Shown: piece after piece, positions 49,249-60,889 of the stretch
How positions within the stretch are numbered: the stretch's first letter is position 1
Layout: every line of letters starts with the position of its first letter
Source of the DNA: Chamaesiphon sp.
GTDB taxonomy: Bacteria; Cyanobacteriota; Cyanobacteriia; Cyanobacteriales; Chamaesiphonaceae
Length of the DNA: 64,000 bases
Reading direction: 5' to 3'
Assembly (NCBI GenBank): GCA_965246715.1
Contig: CBDFFH010000039.1
Coordinates: forward strand, 1-64,000
The notes under the pieces: model-generated
Told to the model about the DNA's origin: nothing
Database searches by the model: none
What the model saw: only the letters and a program-made list of their open reading frames with translations
Program-made: the position numbers and the translations under genes

Positions 49249-50043
49249 AAATTTAACAATTTGCGTGGTTAAATGTAAGCTGAGAGCGGTGTTAAATACA
49301 TTTACTCCGCAGCTTATCACTCTGTTTGACTATTGCCTATCCGAACTATGAGATCTTGCAATTAATATTGATAGTTAGCTATGATTCTTAATAAGTTTGA
49401 GACAATCTGTAAAGTTTTTTATAGATATATTTCTACAGATTTTGGCACTACACAGCTAGAGGGTGACGTGTTTAAAGTCACTATTAGAAAGCAATTCGAG
49501 CATCGTGACCATACGATCGATTTAATTTGCTCAGTCCCCTTTTGCTTCGATCCAATCCCGATCTGGAATACCCGATCGATCGACCTGAGCCAAAATCTCA
49601 TCTGTAGTATCGGGGCTAGAATTCCAGTGCTTGTCCCAGCTTTACTGCTCGAGCGATTTGCACCGAGGGCGTGAGTTTGTTGCAATCTGGGCGCTCTTCT
49701 AGCCGATCGACGATGGCTGTCGGTGGAGGTCTTTATCGGGAGATTGTTCGACCTGACAAACGGTTCATATTTACTGCCAAGATTGAAAGCAAAATCTGTC
49801 GATCGACAGATATTTTTACTAGATAGCTGATTGTAAATTTTAATTATTAGCGTTGCGGAAAGATAGCAAAATGTCGATCTAAGACATTCGAGCGGGCTAA
49901 TCGATGCGATCGCATCGCTCGTCGCAATAGTTATTGGGGCTGGGATATTTGAAACAGCGAATCTGCTGTCTTACAAGTATGAGGAATTGGCGTAGTCGTC
50001 GTGTCGCTGAGTATTTCCTTTGTGCAAAAGCATTGCCAGCAGC

Positions 50044-50404
50044 GTAGAAGTTCACAGGGCTAACGGAGAAGAGAAGGTGGAATTTCACCAGAACGAGCAG
50101 CAGAGATAGATTCAACCAGAAAATCCAGAATATTACGTTCTTGTAGATTTAGGGAACAGACAACAGTGAGTAGACCAGACACAAATTCACTACCAGCAGC
50201 AGAATCAGAGCCAAAGCTAGTACGCCGCCACATGAGAGCAGGACGAATGGCTCTCTCCGCTGCATTATTAGTCGGCTCTACTCCCTCTTCACGCACAAAT
50301 AGCCACAAAGCAACTTCCAGCTTCAATAAATTACGGCACGTCCGCACAGTTTTAGCTAGGGGTGTTTTTTCGCGAGCGCCAATCTCGAGCGCGGCGGCTT
50401 CCAA
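50044..50404 (-). mobile_element. IS66-family transposase 3' remnant with right TIR
   Basis: LWLFV..EGVEPTNNAAERAIRP...RRTSFGS.S..GSEFV; end GTAGAAGTTCACAGGG resembles IS66 GTAA-type TIR. Confidence 0.85.
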
Positions 50405-50600
50405 GATGTAAAGCCCATTTCACTGCCAAAAGCCTCTTCCTGAATCTGATTGTCGATCGATAGCTGATGAAATTTTTATCGATCGGTTGGTGCTCTGGCA
50501 CCTTTCGGGATTAGGGTGACTGGTATAATAGACACGAGCAGACATCACTCTAAGCTGTTGCTTAGTGCCCATATTTTAGGATGCTAATCTCAAAAGATCG

Positions 50601-51080
50601 ATGACAATAGCAATCGATCGATTACAAATACAAGTCATTTATACTCACGCAGCAGCAGTCTACCCAGAGGAATGCTGCGGGATATTACTCGGTCGACAGA
50701 TTGGCGATCGCAAGATTGTCACTGAAGCGATCTCGACGATTAATGGATGGGACAACGCGCTGGTTAGTGAAGATTTCAAGACAAATGACGATCTCGATCG
50801 CACTAAACACAGTCGCTATATCATTCCCCCTCACGCTATTTTTCAAGCTCAAAAACGCGCTAGACAGTTACAACTAGAAATCGTGGGTTTCTTTCACTCG
50901 CATCCAGATACTCTGGCTATTCCTTCTAATTGCGATCGCGAGCGAGCTTGGGAGGTATATTCTTACCCGATTGTTTCAGTAATTCGTGGCAAAGTAACGG
51001 AGATTAAAAGTTGGGTATTAGATCGTAATGGCATATTTCAGCCAGAAGAGATCGAGTTAGTCGATACATTGGTGAATTGA
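50601..51080 (+). CDS. M67/JAB (MPN+) metallopeptidase
   Basis: YPEECCG, GFFHSHP, PS..D. Confidence 0.9.
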   Translation: MTIAIDRLQIQVIYTHAAAVYPEECCGILLGRQIGDRKIVTEAISTINGWDNALVSEDFKTNDDLDRTKHSRYIIPPHAIFQAQKRARQLQLEIVGFFHSHPDTLAIPSNCDRERAWEVYSYPIVSVIRGKVTEIKSWVLDRNGIFQPEEIELVDTLVN

Positions 51081-51091
51081 GCCAGTAGTTA

Positions 51092-51238
51092 ATTTCAGTT
51101 CGGGATAAGAATAGCTTAAAGACTGAAAGTCTCCGCTGGTGATGCAGAGTCTGCGTAGGCGGACTTCGTATCGTTAGCCCCGATTGAAATCGGCGGCGTT
51201 ACTAGAACGAAGCCAATATCCTTAACCCGAACTGACGT
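51092..51238. mobile_element. MITE subtype A, short form, TSD TAGTTA
   Basis: ATTTCAGTTCGGGATAAG ... CTTAACCCGAACTGACGT; TAGTTA on both flanks. Confidence 0.85.
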
Positions 51239-51257
51239 TAGTTAGTACTAGTTGCCC

Positions 51258-51725
51258 CTAATGCAAGTTCTGGAGATCGGCTCTTACCTGCATCAAAATC
51301 CGTCCGAGATAATTGACCCCAGTGCGCTCGCTGCCGCACCCCCAAAAGTAATCTACCGGCGAATCTTCGATTATTTCAGCATCGATCGTATCGAGGAGAA
51401 TCTGCTGAATATCTAGATGAGTGCGGAATTTCTGAAGGATCGCACCATACATTAATTCGCATTTACAGAGATCCCAAGTTGGGTGAGGTGGATGTTGGGG
51501 ATCGCGGCCGATTTTAGCGGCAAGCTCGGGAGTTGGTGCAGCGTGGATCCGCTCCATCAATTCTTCCCACTCCGTTCCCAGAAACTTATGTGCCTGATAA
51601 TAGTGCTCGACTGTCGGCCATTTACGCCCTGCTAACTCGATCGGGTGTGGCGAAAAGTTAGAAAAGCAGCCATACGGCGCATTAACTTTATAAAAGTAAA
51701 TTTTAATGGGGATGGCTTCGCTCAC
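51258..51725 (-). CDS. NADAR (YbiA-like) N-glycosidase
   Basis: YGCFSNFS, WPTVEHYYQAHKF, EDSPVDYFWG.G..G.N.LG..LM. Confidence 0.92.
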   Translation of the reverse strand: MSEAIPIKIYFYKVNAPYGCFSNFSPHPIELAGRKWPTVEHYYQAHKFLGTEWEELMERIHAAPTPELAAKIGRDPQHPPHPTWDLCKCELMYGAILQKFRTHLDIQQILLDTIDAEIIEDSPVDYFWGCGSERTGVNYLGRILMQVRADLQNLH

Positions 51726-51901
51726 AGTCGATCTTTGACACTATCTCTCTAGCAAATAGCATAACTCATCCTTTCGATCTGATTCGGCGGTAAGCACTAA
51801 ACTCCGTCGGATGAAGGAGATCGAGACTTCCCGAGTAACCCGATTGACAGTCCGATCGTTTGAGTCCATAATTATTTATAACAAACGTTCGATATCTATA
51901 A

Positions 51902-52082
51902 ATGCCCAAGATCGTCGATCGCGAACGATACCGCAAACAACTACTCCAACAGAGTTTCGAGCTATTTGCTGAGATTGGTTATGGCAATATTACCATGCGA
52001 CAACTCGCCCAAAAATTAGCAGTATCGACGGGTACCCTCTACCACTATTTCCCCAGCAAAGAGGCAATGTTTTTGCAGCTAG
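51902..52082 (+). pseudogene. TetR-family regulator truncated after the HTH
   Basis: MPKIVD...F...GY...TMRQLA..L.VSTGTLYHYFPSKE, then broken by an inverted repeat. Confidence 0.8.
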
Positions 52083-52129
52083 TACTGAGCGGCTTAAATA
52101 GAGATACTGTTTAAGCCGCTCAGTACTAG
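52079..52129. mobile_element. Minimal IS-end scar: 20-bp perfect inverted arms with CTAG termini, 11-nt spacer
   Basis: CTAGTACTGAGCGGCTTAAA-N11-TTTAAGCCGCTCAGTACTAG. Confidence 0.65.
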
Positions 52130-52208
52130 GCGATGGCGATCTTGGTTGGATCGATCGCGGGGTTACTCAAGGGTAAAAAACAGGGTAAAAGGTGGTTTCG
52201 GGCAAAGT

Positions 52209-52559
52209 CTACAGCTTTGTAACTGTCGGTAAGATCGGAAATAGGTATTTAACAAAAATCACTAGGATTGCGGCTAGTACCGCCAACGCAGAACCACGGA
52301 AGATAAATCCCCAAAATCCGAGTTTTGTCCTCTCTTCATATTTAGCATCCACCTTGTCGATTTTCCCCTCGATCTTGGCTTCGACTGTATTAATCTGTCC
52401 CTCGACCTTGGTAAACCCAACCCGCATCTCTTCTCGCAGATCGGCGATCTGTTTCTGGGTGCTAATAGCTAGGTCTGCTATCTGCTTTTGTGTCACTAAA
52501 TTCCCAGCCGCGATTAAATCTTTAATTTCTCTGAGGTCGATGTCGGTTGCTTGGGTCAT
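52209..52559 (-). CDS. Coiled-coil protein with C-terminal TM anchor (XhlA/Bdr-like)
   Basis: MTQATDIDLREIKDLI, TQKQIADL repeated twice, C-terminal hydrophobic helix; start reassigned from 52637. Confidence 0.65.
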   Translation of the reverse strand: MTQATDIDLREIKDLIAAGNLVTQKQIADLAISTQKQIADLREEMRVGFTKVEGQINTVEAKIEGKIDKVDAKYEERTKLGFWGFIFRGSALAVLAAILVIFVKYLFPILPTVTKL

Positions 52560-52797
52560 AATATTAGTAATTAACTTTGTTGATATCGATCGCGCTGCTA
52601 GTAACAGTCTTTCGATCGAAATAACCCTCGCCTTCACTGGTGGGGGTTATTTCGATTATAATGCGCGTTACCGTCCGGATAAGGTAAATCACTCCCCATC
52701 TCATCGATAATTGTTGATGTTGTCCTTCGACCCAATTATTTACGAGTACGTATCATATAATAATCACAAAACTACTCACTAGTTACTAGCCACTAAT

Positions 52798-53178
52798 CTA
52801 AATATTTTCAATATCATCATCTTGTAAGATGAACGCATCTAGATCGTCAGAATTATCGATCGAGACTGGCTCTACTACAAAACTGCGTGCGTGAGAGACA
52901 AGATAGCGATCGAGTTGATGTAATTCTGCGACACTCGGTTCCGGTGGATTCATCACATAGTGAATTGTTGCCCCCACAAATCCAGTCGCAATCATCCCAA
53001 ATCCGCTAAATATTCCCCGCCATAAGCGTCCCGCTCTTATTTTCTTGGTTCTGGTAGCTACGCTATCGATTTTTGACATCAATCGATCTTCTAAATCGAT
53101 AGTCTCTGTTGGTGCAGTCGCTCGATGTTGCTTCAAAAAATTAGTTAGTTGAGGATCGTCATCTGACAAGTTATTCAT
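52798..53178 (-). CDS. Putative transmembrane anti-sigma factor
   Basis: DDPQL.NFLKQHR...LEDRLM, single TM, directly downstream of the ECF sigma factor. Confidence 0.65.
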   Translation of the reverse strand: MNNLSDDDPQLTNFLKQHRATAPTETIDLEDRLMSKIDSVATRTKKIRAGRLWRGIFSGFGMIATGFVGATIHYVMNPPEPSVAELHQLDRYLVSHARSFVVEPVSIDNSDDLDAFILQDDDIENI

Positions 53179-53222
53179 GATGATTTTGTTATGAGTTATT
53201 ATTATTTACTAGCCACTATCCC

Positions 53223-53789
53223 CTAAATCTGCACTCCCGACTCCTCTAGAAATTTCCGCATTCCACTACGAGCGTGAAATAACCGAGATTTTACAGTACC
53301 GATCGGAATTTCAAGAATCTCAGCTACTTCCTTCTGCGGGAGTTCTTCGAGATCGTGCAATGCTAATACCGATCGATGTTCCTCGCTAAGTACGCTCAGT
53401 CCTTTGCGAACTAAATCCTGATAGTGGAGCTGCATCACATCGGGATCGTCATGCTGGGTGTCAACGCTGTGAGCGATCGTTTGGAGTCGCGATCGCTCTC
53501 GTGCTAGAGTTTGTCGACGATCTGTAGCCACATTCCAAGCAATCCGATACAGCCAAGTAGAAAATTGCGAATTCTGGCGAAATTTTGGCAATCCCTTCCA
53601 GGCGCGGAGAAATACTTCTTGAACTAGATCGTCTAAACTCACCGGATCGCAAAGTTGGTAGAGAATCTGTCGAATGCGCTGCTGATGGCGACGATAGAGT
53701 AGCCTAAAGCTCTGACGATCGCCCTTCAGACTAGATCGCACCAATTCATCATCAGCCTTCTCTGGTAGCCGCTCCGCCACTCCCCCCAC
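53223..53789 (-). CDS. ECF-type sigma-70 factor
   Basis: DDLVQEVFLRAW, FSTWLYRIAWN, EVAEILEIPIGTVKSRLFHAR. Confidence 0.93.
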   Translation of the reverse strand: MGGVAERLPEKADDELVRSSLKGDRQSFRLLYRRHQQRIRQILYQLCDPVSLDDLVQEVFLRAWKGLPKFRQNSQFSTWLYRIAWNVATDRRQTLARERSRLQTIAHSVDTQHDDPDVMQLHYQDLVRKGLSVLSEEHRSVLALHDLEELPQKEVAEILEIPIGTVKSRLFHARSGMRKFLEESGVQI

Positions 53790-54243
53790 ATTAAACCTCT
53801 AAATTTTTGTGCATACCTCTTTTTTAGACTGCTACAAAGTGCAAAAGGTTCAACATCTTTAACATATATTTCGAGCGCCTGGTTGCTAGCGGCTCTCGAT
53901 CGGCTATCGGTGTAGCTATAATCTCACCCATGTCTATTCCAACGCTAGCGAACACCGTCTCGAAGCGAAGATTTGCGTTCTCTTCGCTTCACAAACCAAC
54001 TGATTTCGATCGGATGGGAAGGTAGAAAATCGGCTACTACAGACTACACGATTGTAGTAAAAATATCCGTGGAAACATTCTCGATCGCATCCCAGTCATC
54101 ATCTCGTGAAGATCTGATGAGGACAGCGATCTGGGGATCGCAAGAACTTGGATTAAATCACATAATTTTTTAATCATGTGTGCGATCTTTTCGTACAATT
54201 AGCTGGGTACATTAGAATTGTGTAGCATTGGGTTGGCAAGTCT

Positions 54244-54612
54244 GTGAAGAGTACAATTTTGTGGTCGGTAGTTACAGGTGTAGGGTTATTGGGTGTGCGA
54301 ACGTTTGGAAATCCGTTGAGTAATGAGGTGCAGTATCGGGTTGAATATATCGGCAAGGCTGGAAGTACGCTCTGGGGTGATTATACGGTTACTCAAAATA
54401 ATCGCTTGAGAGATAGTACTACCGAAAAAGCAATCGGGAAGCTACCAATGGTTGTGAATTTTACGACAGGGAAAAATGCGATCGTCTCGGCTAACGGTGC
54501 TACCACCGATCGAGAGCCGATTATTATTAAAATTTACAAGCACGGATCGGAGTGCAGTAATTCGCAAGGTACGGATAGTGCCGGGATTACCAGTACGATC
54601 GTGTGTAGGTGA
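54244..54612 (+). CDS. Hypothetical exported protein
   Basis: 122-aa ORF, N-terminal hydrophobic segment, two C-terminal Cys, terminator-like hairpin at 54667-54706. Confidence 0.55.
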   Translation: MKSTILWSVVTGVGLLGVRTFGNPLSNEVQYRVEYIGKAGSTLWGDYTVTQNNRLRDSTTEKAIGKLPMVVNFTTGKNAIVSANGATTDREPIIIKIYKHGSECSNSQGTDSAGITSTIVCR

Positions 54613-54751
54613 ATTAGTGACTAATGGCTAGTTACTAGTAAATTTAAGCGGTGCAAGAAATAATCGAAGAGGCGCATTAATCCAGATTTGGCTAATGCGC
54701 CTCTTCTATTTGATTGTGGCAAACTAAGAGGATGGATCGAAATGGTTCAGC

Positions 54752-54797
<46 letters not shown>

Positions 54798-54806
54798 TTC
54801 CCCCAA

Positions 54807-56198
54807 ATGATTACTACCTACATTAATGCCATCCTCCGGGGTGGAAATCCTGGCGATCCCGTTACCGTTAGAGGCTGGATTCGCAGCAAGCGGGAAGCGA
54901 AGGAATTTGCCTTTGTTGATGTCAACGATGGCTCCTGCATGGCAAATATTCAGGTAGTAATCGATCGGGATGTCCCTGGTTATGACACCATCCTCAAGCA
55001 GATTAGCACGGGTGCCTCGATCGAAATCGCTGGCGAACTAGTCGAGTCTCCCGCCAAAGGGCAACGGGTAGAAGTCAAAGCCAGTCAAGTCACCATTTAC
55101 GGTGAAGCCGATCCCGAAACCTATCCCCTCCAGAAAAAACGCCACTCCTTTGAATTTTTACGCGATATCGGTCACTTGCGATCGCGTACCAATACCCTCA
55201 GCGCCGTATTTCGGGTGCGCAATGTCTGTGCGACAGCGATCCATCAATTCTTCCAAGAACGCGGTTTCCTGTGGGTACATACGCCGATTATCAGTGCTAG
55301 CGACTGCGAAGGCGCGGGTGAGATGTTTAATGTCACCACGCTGAATCTCAAAAATCCCCCATTAACGCCAGAAAAAGAAATCGATTACAGTCAAGACTTC
55401 TTTGGTAAGCAGGCATATTTGACCGTCAGCGGTCAATTAGAAGCTGAAGTCATGGCAATGGCATTTAGTAATGTCTACACCTTTGGGCCAACATTTAGAG
55501 CCGAGAATTCTAATACTTCGCGTCACCTCGCCGAGTTCTGGATGATCGAGCCAGAAATGGCTTTTTGCGATCTGTTGGGCGATATGGATCTGGCGGAAAC
55601 GTTCCTCAAATATGTATTCAAATACGTGATGGAACATTGTCAAGCCGATATAGAATTTTTCAACGAACGGATCGATAAATCGGTATTAGCGACGGCAACG
55701 AATATTATCGAAAATCAATTCGAACGGCTAACTTATACTAACGCGATCGCGTTGTTAGAAAAGTGCGACAAAAAGTTTGAATATCCCGTCAGTTGGGGTC
55801 TAGATCTCCAATCCGAACACGAACGCTATTTAGCTGAGGAAGTTTTTAAAAAGCCAGTCATCCTCAACGATTATCCAGTCGAAATCAAGGCTTTCTATAT
55901 GCGCCTAAACGATGACGGCAAAACCGTTGCCGCGATGGATATTTTGGCTCCAAAAATCGGTGAGATTATCGGCGGTTCGCAGCGTGAAGAACGGCTTGAT
56001 GTGCTAGAGCGGCGGATTATCGAGCAGGGACTAAATCCGGCGGACTATTGGTGGTATTTGGATCTCCGCCGTTATGGGACGGTGCCTCATGCCGGATTTG
56101 GGTTAGGCTTCGAGCGGTTGGTGCAGTTTATGACGGGGATGGGCAATATTCGAGACGTAATTCCCTTCCCGCGCGCACCATTGACAGTAGAGTTTTAA
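54807..56198 (+). CDS. asnS: Asparagine--tRNA ligase
   Basis: [62 protein letters not shown]. Confidence 0.98.
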   Translation: MITTYINAILRGGNPGDPVTVRGWIRSKREAKEFAFVDVNDGSCMANIQVVIDRDVPGYDTILKQISTGASIEIAGELVESPAKGQRVEVKASQVTIYGEADPETYPLQKKRHSFEFLRDIGHLRSRTNTLSAVFRVRNVCATAIHQFFQERGFLWVHTPIISASDCEGAGEMFNVTTLNLKNPPLTPEKEIDYSQDFFGKQAYLTVSGQLEAEVMAMAFSNVYTFGPTFRAENSNTSRHLAEFWMIEPEMAFCDLLGDMDLAETFLKYVFKYVMEHCQADIEFFNERIDKSVLATATNIIENQFERLTYTNAIALLEKCDKKFEYPVSWGLDLQSEHERYLAEEVFKKPVILNDYPVEIKAFYMRLNDDGKTVAAMDILAPKIGEIIGGSQREERLDVLERRIIEQGLNPADYWWYLDLRRYGTVPHAGFGLGFERLVQFMTGMGNIRDVIPFPRAPLTVEF

Positions 56199-56251
56199 GG
56201 CGATCGAGCTATAATTTTCGTATATTAATTGTATCGAATATCTGTCTTCTG

Positions 56252-56335
56252 CGGCGATTACGACCATTGTCAAAATGGTCGAATTTCTGCCTGAAGATAT
56301 ACAGGGGCGAGTTGTCGAGCATCTTCGCGAGTATG
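56252..56335 (+). pseudogene. Truncated antitoxin-like gene fragment
   Basis: (CTG)SSAAITTIVKMVEFLPEDIQGRVVEHLREY resembles a recurrent cyanobacterial small antitoxin N-terminus. Confidence 0.45.
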
Positions 56336-56443
56336 AGGTGCAACACGGTCGATTTCCTGAATATCTGCTGAATCTCGATCGAATAAGTTAGGAGGTGTTG
56401 CTGGGTACAGGTATGATTTATGATTATGAGACCGATAGGATTT

Positions 56444-56770
56444 TCAGAAGATCGAATATTCATACCAATCGCAGACTGGAATATAACCGATCTGTTGGTA
56501 AATATGGTTAGAGGTCGAATTCGCCAAATCTGTCAACAGGAAACAACGGTCACATCCCTCATTTAGGAGCTTTTGGCTTAATGCTGCGACACAAGCAGTA
56601 GCATAACCTTTGCGACGATATGCTGGTGGCGTATAGACCGAACCAATCAGACCAACAGTTGGAGAACGTTGCCTGCCTGCCGCCAGCGAAACCGGAATAT
56701 TATCCTCCCAAATATAAGTACTCTGTGTTTTCAATCGATGCTCTACTACTCGATCGAGATCTTGCCCCAT
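56444..56770 (-). pseudogene. GNAT acetyltransferase, C-terminal part only
   Basis: IGSVYTPPAYRRKGYATACVAALSQ...LLTDLANSTSNHIYQQIGY; N-terminal domain replaced by another fragment. Confidence 0.7.
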
Positions 56771-56943
56771 TCCGCTAGCATTCCTAATTCTTGGATGGGT
56801 GGAAGTTTGGGATCGGGGATGAAATAGACATCGACTTCCCGAACTTCACTACTAATTTTTAGAGAAGTTTGAACTTGACCGAATGGTGACAGTAATGACT
56901 CTAGAAAATCTTTCGCAAACTAGTCATGGGGAAATCGAGTCAT
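56770..56943 (-). pseudogene. N-terminal fragment of a cyanobacterial Rpn-like (PD-(D/E)XK) protein with in-frame stop
   Basis: MTRFPHD*FAKDFLESLLSPFGQVQTS.KISSEVREVDVYF; TAG at 56922-56920. Confidence 0.65.
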
Positions 56944-56975
56944 GAGGAACGATCGTGAATAATGAGTCCTAACTT

Positions 56976-58790
56976 TTAAGCATCTTTGTTCAACTTCAAC
57001 ACTGCCATAAATGCCTCTTGCGGTACATCGACAGTCCCGACAGACTTCATCCGCTTTTTACCCTTGGCTTGCTTCTGGAGCAATTTCTTCTTCCGCGAAA
57101 TGTCCCCACCATAACATTTTGCTAAGACATCTTTCCGCAACGCGGGGATGTTTTCACTGGCGATAATCTTACTCCCGATCGCGGCTTGAATCGGTACTTT
57201 AAATTGATGACGGGGAATTAGTTCTTTTAACTTTTCGGTCATCGCCCGACCGACATTATAAGCTTTGTCGCGATGGACGATCATTGCTAGCGCATCGACA
57301 GGATCGCCATTGATCATCAAGTCCAATTTGACGAGATTATTTTCCCGATAACCGATCGGTTGATACTCCATACTTGCATAACCGCGCGTATTTGATTTCA
57401 TGCGATCGAAGAAATCTGTCACGACTTCGGCCAACGGTAACTCATAAATCACCGTCGTTCGCCCTTTGGTGAGATATTTCATATCTTTGAATTCACCGCG
57501 CCGATTTTGACATAGTTCCATCAAAGTCCCCACGTATTCTTCAGGAGTAATCATCTCCAATTTGACGTATGGTTCTTCAATTTTTTGACGGTGATTGGGG
57601 TCGGGAAGCGTACTCGGATTGTCGATATAAGTTTGATTGCCTTGGATATCCGTGACCCGATAAACTACCGACGGTGCAGTGGTAATTAAATCCAGATCGT
57701 ATTCCCGTTCCAATCGCTCTTGGACGATTTCCATGTGCAACAAGCCGAGGAATCCACAGCGAAACCCAAACCCCATCGCGCTGGATGTCTCCGGTTCAAA
57801 CTGGAGCGCCGCATCATTCAGTCGGAGTTTATCCAATGCTTCCCGCAACTCTGGATACTGATCCGCATCTGTCGGAAATAACCCGCAAAATACCATTGGT
57901 TTAGCTTCGGCATAACCATCGAGAGCGGCGGTAGCAGGTCTGCTCACTTGCGTAATCGTATCGCCAACCCGTGCATCGCCTACTGCTTTAATCGATGCTG
58001 CGAAATAACCTACTTCTCCAGCGTGGAGTTCGTCTACTTCGATTTGGGTAGGTGAGAGGATCCCGAGTTCGTCGATGACATATTCTTTGCCACTAGCCAT
58101 CAATCGAACTTTATCACCACGTTTGACGCTACCATCCATAACGCGGAAATAGACGATTACCCCCCGATAACTGTCGTAATAACTATCGAAAATTAGCGCG
58201 CGTAACGGTTCGTCGATCGTATCTCGCGGCGGTGGCACTAGCAGCACTACTGATTCCAAGATTTCCTGAATTCCGATCCCTTGTTTGGCAGAAGTTAAAA
58301 TCGCCCCGCTACAATCTAGCCCGATGATTTCTTCGATTTCGGCTCTTACCCGCTCCGGTTCGGCTCCGGGTAAATCGATCTTATTCAGGACAGGAATGAT
58401 CTCTAAATTACTTTCTAATGCCAGATAGACATTTGCCAATGTCTGCGCCTCTACACCCTGCGAAGCATCGACTACCAATAATGCCCCCTCACAGGCTAGC
58501 AAGCTGCGAGATACTTCATAAGAGAAGTCTACATGTCCGGGAGTGTCGATCAGGTTGAGCACGTACTCCTGACCATCCTGGGCAGTATAATTCATCCGCG
58601 CCGCTTGGAGCTTGATCGTAATCCCCCGTTCCCGCTCCAAATCCATATTATCGAGAAACTGCTCTTTCATTTCCCGATTGCTAACCGTACCTGTATCCTG
58701 CAACAATCGATCGGCCAGGGTCGATTTCCCATGATCGATGTGAGCAATAATCGAAAAATTGCGAATTCGCGAAACAGGAACGTTGGTCAT
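56976..58790 (-). CDS. lepA: Elongation factor 4
   Basis: [50 protein letters not shown]. Confidence 0.98.
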   Translation of the reverse strand: MTNVPVSRIRNFSIIAHIDHGKSTLADRLLQDTGTVSNREMKEQFLDNMDLERERGITIKLQAARMNYTAQDGQEYVLNLIDTPGHVDFSYEVSRSLLACEGALLVVDASQGVEAQTLANVYLALESNLEIIPVLNKIDLPGAEPERVRAEIEEIIGLDCSGAILTSAKQGIGIQEILESVVLLVPPPRDTIDEPLRALIFDSYYDSYRGVIVYFRVMDGSVKRGDKVRLMASGKEYVIDELGILSPTQIEVDELHAGEVGYFAASIKAVGDARVGDTITQVSRPATAALDGYAEAKPMVFCGLFPTDADQYPELREALDKLRLNDAALQFEPETSSAMGFGFRCGFLGLLHMEIVQERLEREYDLDLITTAPSVVYRVTDIQGNQTYIDNPSTLPDPNHRQKIEEPYVKLEMITPEEYVGTLMELCQNRRGEFKDMKYLTKGRTTVIYELPLAEVVTDFFDRMKSNTRGYASMEYQPIGYRENNLVKLDLMINGDPVDALAMIVHRDKAYNVGRAMTEKLKELIPRHQFKVPIQAAIGSKIIASENIPALRKDVLAKCYGGDISRKKKLLQKQAKGKKRMKSVGTVDVPQEAFMAVLKLNKDA

Positions 58791-58980
58791 GGGGGTGTAA
58801 GGGCGTAGGGGGTGGTGTATGTGGGTATTTAGTTAATACATCTTACAATTCACCAGTTTAGCGCAAGGATTCAGCAAACAGTAGTCGATCGAGTGATGTC
58901 GATCGATTGCTAGATCGCTAGCTCAAAACGAGGCAAAATCGAGAAATCTATCTTTAGCTATTTGAGATCGATCGCCAGAT

Positions 58981-59090
58981 GCGAGATTGTTAGGTCGTGG
59001 TAAGGCTAAGATGCAGGCGATTGGTGCCATCATACATAAATTAGTCCATTTGGCTTTTGGTATTTTAAAGTCTCAACAGCCTTTTGACCT
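58981..59090 (+). mobile_element. IS110-family transposase C-terminal fragment
   Basis: ARLLGRGKAKMQAIGAIIHKLVHLAFGILKSQQPFD; not in ORF track. Confidence 0.7.
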
Positions 59091-59228
59091 TGGGACTTGT
59101 AGTTCCGATCTCAAAGCGGAATTGCTGAAGAAGTTAATAATGCGATCGCATTATTAACTATCGTACTCAAAATCTCGATCGAGTCCTCACAACGGAGTAT
59201 TCCCAGGGAGTTAATTTAGTTTTTGATA

Positions 59229-60182
59229 ATGAATTCTATCAGCCAACAAATCGAAACCCGCGCCCGCGAAATCGGCTTCCATGCCGTTGGTATTGCGAAG
59301 ATCGACCCTACCACCACCCAACCCAGCGCGCAACGCCTGCAAGAGTGGTTAGCCCTCGGCTATCAAGCAGATATGGCCTGGATGTCCGATCCTCGCCGCC
59401 AAGACATCTACCGCCTTATGCCCACTGCGAAGACTGTCATCGCCGTCGCGCTCAATTACTACACACCTCACCAACGTCCTCACGGCAAAGCTTATGGCAA
59501 GATCGCCCGTTACGCATGGGGTCGAGATTATCACAAAGTACTAGAGAAAAAACTCAAGCAATTAGCCAACTGGCTGCTTGACAATTTTGCAGAAATAGAG
59601 GTGCGCCATTATGTCGATACTGGGCCGATTCAAGATAAATATTGGGCACAAGCTGCTGGCATCGGTTGGATCGGAAAAAACGGAAATGTTATCAATCGCC
59701 AATACGGTTCGTGGATATTTTTAGGCGAGATCGTAACTAATTTAGAAACCATTCCTAGCGATCCCCACACCCAACATTGCGGTACCTGTAACCGCTGTAT
59801 TGATGCTTGTCCAACGGGGGCAATTATCAAACCTTATGTTGTCGATGCCAATCGATGTATTGCTTACCATACGATCGAAAATCGTGCTGCGACTTTACCC
59901 CCAGAAATAGCGAGTAACTTAGATGGATGGGTCGCTGGCTGCGATATCTGTCAGGATGTTTGTCCCTGGAACCAAAGCTTTGCCCAACCCACCGATGTCG
60001 AGGATTTCCAGCCATATCCAGGTCGAGTCGCACCAGAACTAAAGGAACTCGCATCACTCACAGACGAGGTGTGGGATCGCAGCATGAGGGCATCTGCGTT
60101 GCGTAGAATCAAACCATGGATGTGGCGGCGGAACGCAATTGCAAATCTTCACAATCGGGGATCGCAAAATTCTGTCAATTAG
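59229..60182 (+). CDS. queG: Epoxyqueuosine reductase
   Basis: [48 protein letters not shown]. Confidence 0.96.
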   Translation: MNSISQQIETRAREIGFHAVGIAKIDPTTTQPSAQRLQEWLALGYQADMAWMSDPRRQDIYRLMPTAKTVIAVALNYYTPHQRPHGKAYGKIARYAWGRDYHKVLEKKLKQLANWLLDNFAEIEVRHYVDTGPIQDKYWAQAAGIGWIGKNGNVINRQYGSWIFLGEIVTNLETIPSDPHTQHCGTCNRCIDACPTGAIIKPYVVDANRCIAYHTIENRAATLPPEIASNLDGWVAGCDICQDVCPWNQSFAQPTDVEDFQPYPGRVAPELKELASLTDEVWDRSMRASALRRIKPWMWRRNAIANLHNRGSQNSVN

Positions 60183-60217
60183 ATTACAATTTTAAAACGT
60201 GCCCTGGCTTCTCACAC

Positions 60218-60889
60218 ATGCAAAATAACTCTAAGCTCATCATTTTTGATTTTGATGGTACTCTCGCAGATACAATCGGTGCACTGATGCGAATTAGCAA
60301 TCGGTTAGCACCTGAATTTGGCTATTTGCAGATCGGTGATGAGCAGTTAGCTAATCTCAAGTATCTAAGTTCTTGGGAAATTATTAAGCTTTCTAAAGTT
60401 GCTTTGTGGAAGTTACCTTTTCTGTTGAAACGGGTTAAAGAAGAATTTCCTGGCGAAGTGCGGAATGTAAAATTATTCCCAGGTGTAACTGAATTATTAA
60501 ATACGCTTAAACTTCAGGGCTATCGATTGGGAATTGTCAGCTCCAATGCTGAGTCAAATATTCGATCGCTCTTAAAGCAAAATCAGATCGAGCAATTGTT
60601 TGATTTCGTCACTACTGCTTCCACATTTGGCAAAGGAAAAGCGATCGGTAGGATGATGCGTCAATATCATTGCTCCAAATCCGATGCAATTTATATCGGT
60701 GATGAAATTCGTGATATTCAAGCCGCTAGATCGATCTCGATCCGCATCGTTGCTGTCGGATGGGGTTTCAATGCACCTACCGCTCTAATCGATAAACAGC
60801 CAGATTTATTCATCACCAAGCCTCAAGCATTAATTAACGCTTTAGCTCACATCTATCCACCTAAAGCCAGCAATTTAGCTTGTATGTAA
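60218..60889 (+). CDS. HAD-IA family phosphatase
   Basis: IFDFDGTLADT, GIVSSN, YIGDEIRD, VGWGF; start reassigned to MQNN. Confidence 0.9.
   Translation: MQNNSKLIIFDFDGTLADTIGALMRISNRLAPEFGYLQIGDEQLANLKYLSSWEIIKLSKVALWKLPFLLKRVKEEFPGEVRNVKLFPGVTELLNTLKLQGYRLGIVSSNAESNIRSLLKQNQIEQLFDFVTTASTFGKGKAIGRMMRQYHCSKSDAIYIGDEIRDIQAARSISIRIVAVGWGFNAPTALIDKQPDLFITKPQALINALAHIYPPKASNLACM

Noticed and set aside
49381..50115. ORFs 49381-49674, 49419-49685 and 49897-50115
   Set aside because: Mutually overlapping, with no recognisable motifs or RBS; treated as non-coding or decayed DNA.
50601..51725. JAB peptidase plus NADAR as a defence system (CBASS/DarTG-like)
   Set aside because: The genes are convergent and separated by a MITE, with no E1/E2, cyclase or ADP-ribosyltransferase; both look like the common housekeeping forms.
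52192..52710. 172-aa plus-strand ORF, and the other antisense or out-of-frame ORFs nested in long genes
   Set aside because: Shadow ORFs of better-supported genes on the opposite strand or in another frame.
56765..56780. Partial match to the CCCACATTCCGCTAG TIR at the Rpn/GNAT junction
   Set aside because: Single, gapped and within coding-derived sequence; may be chance.
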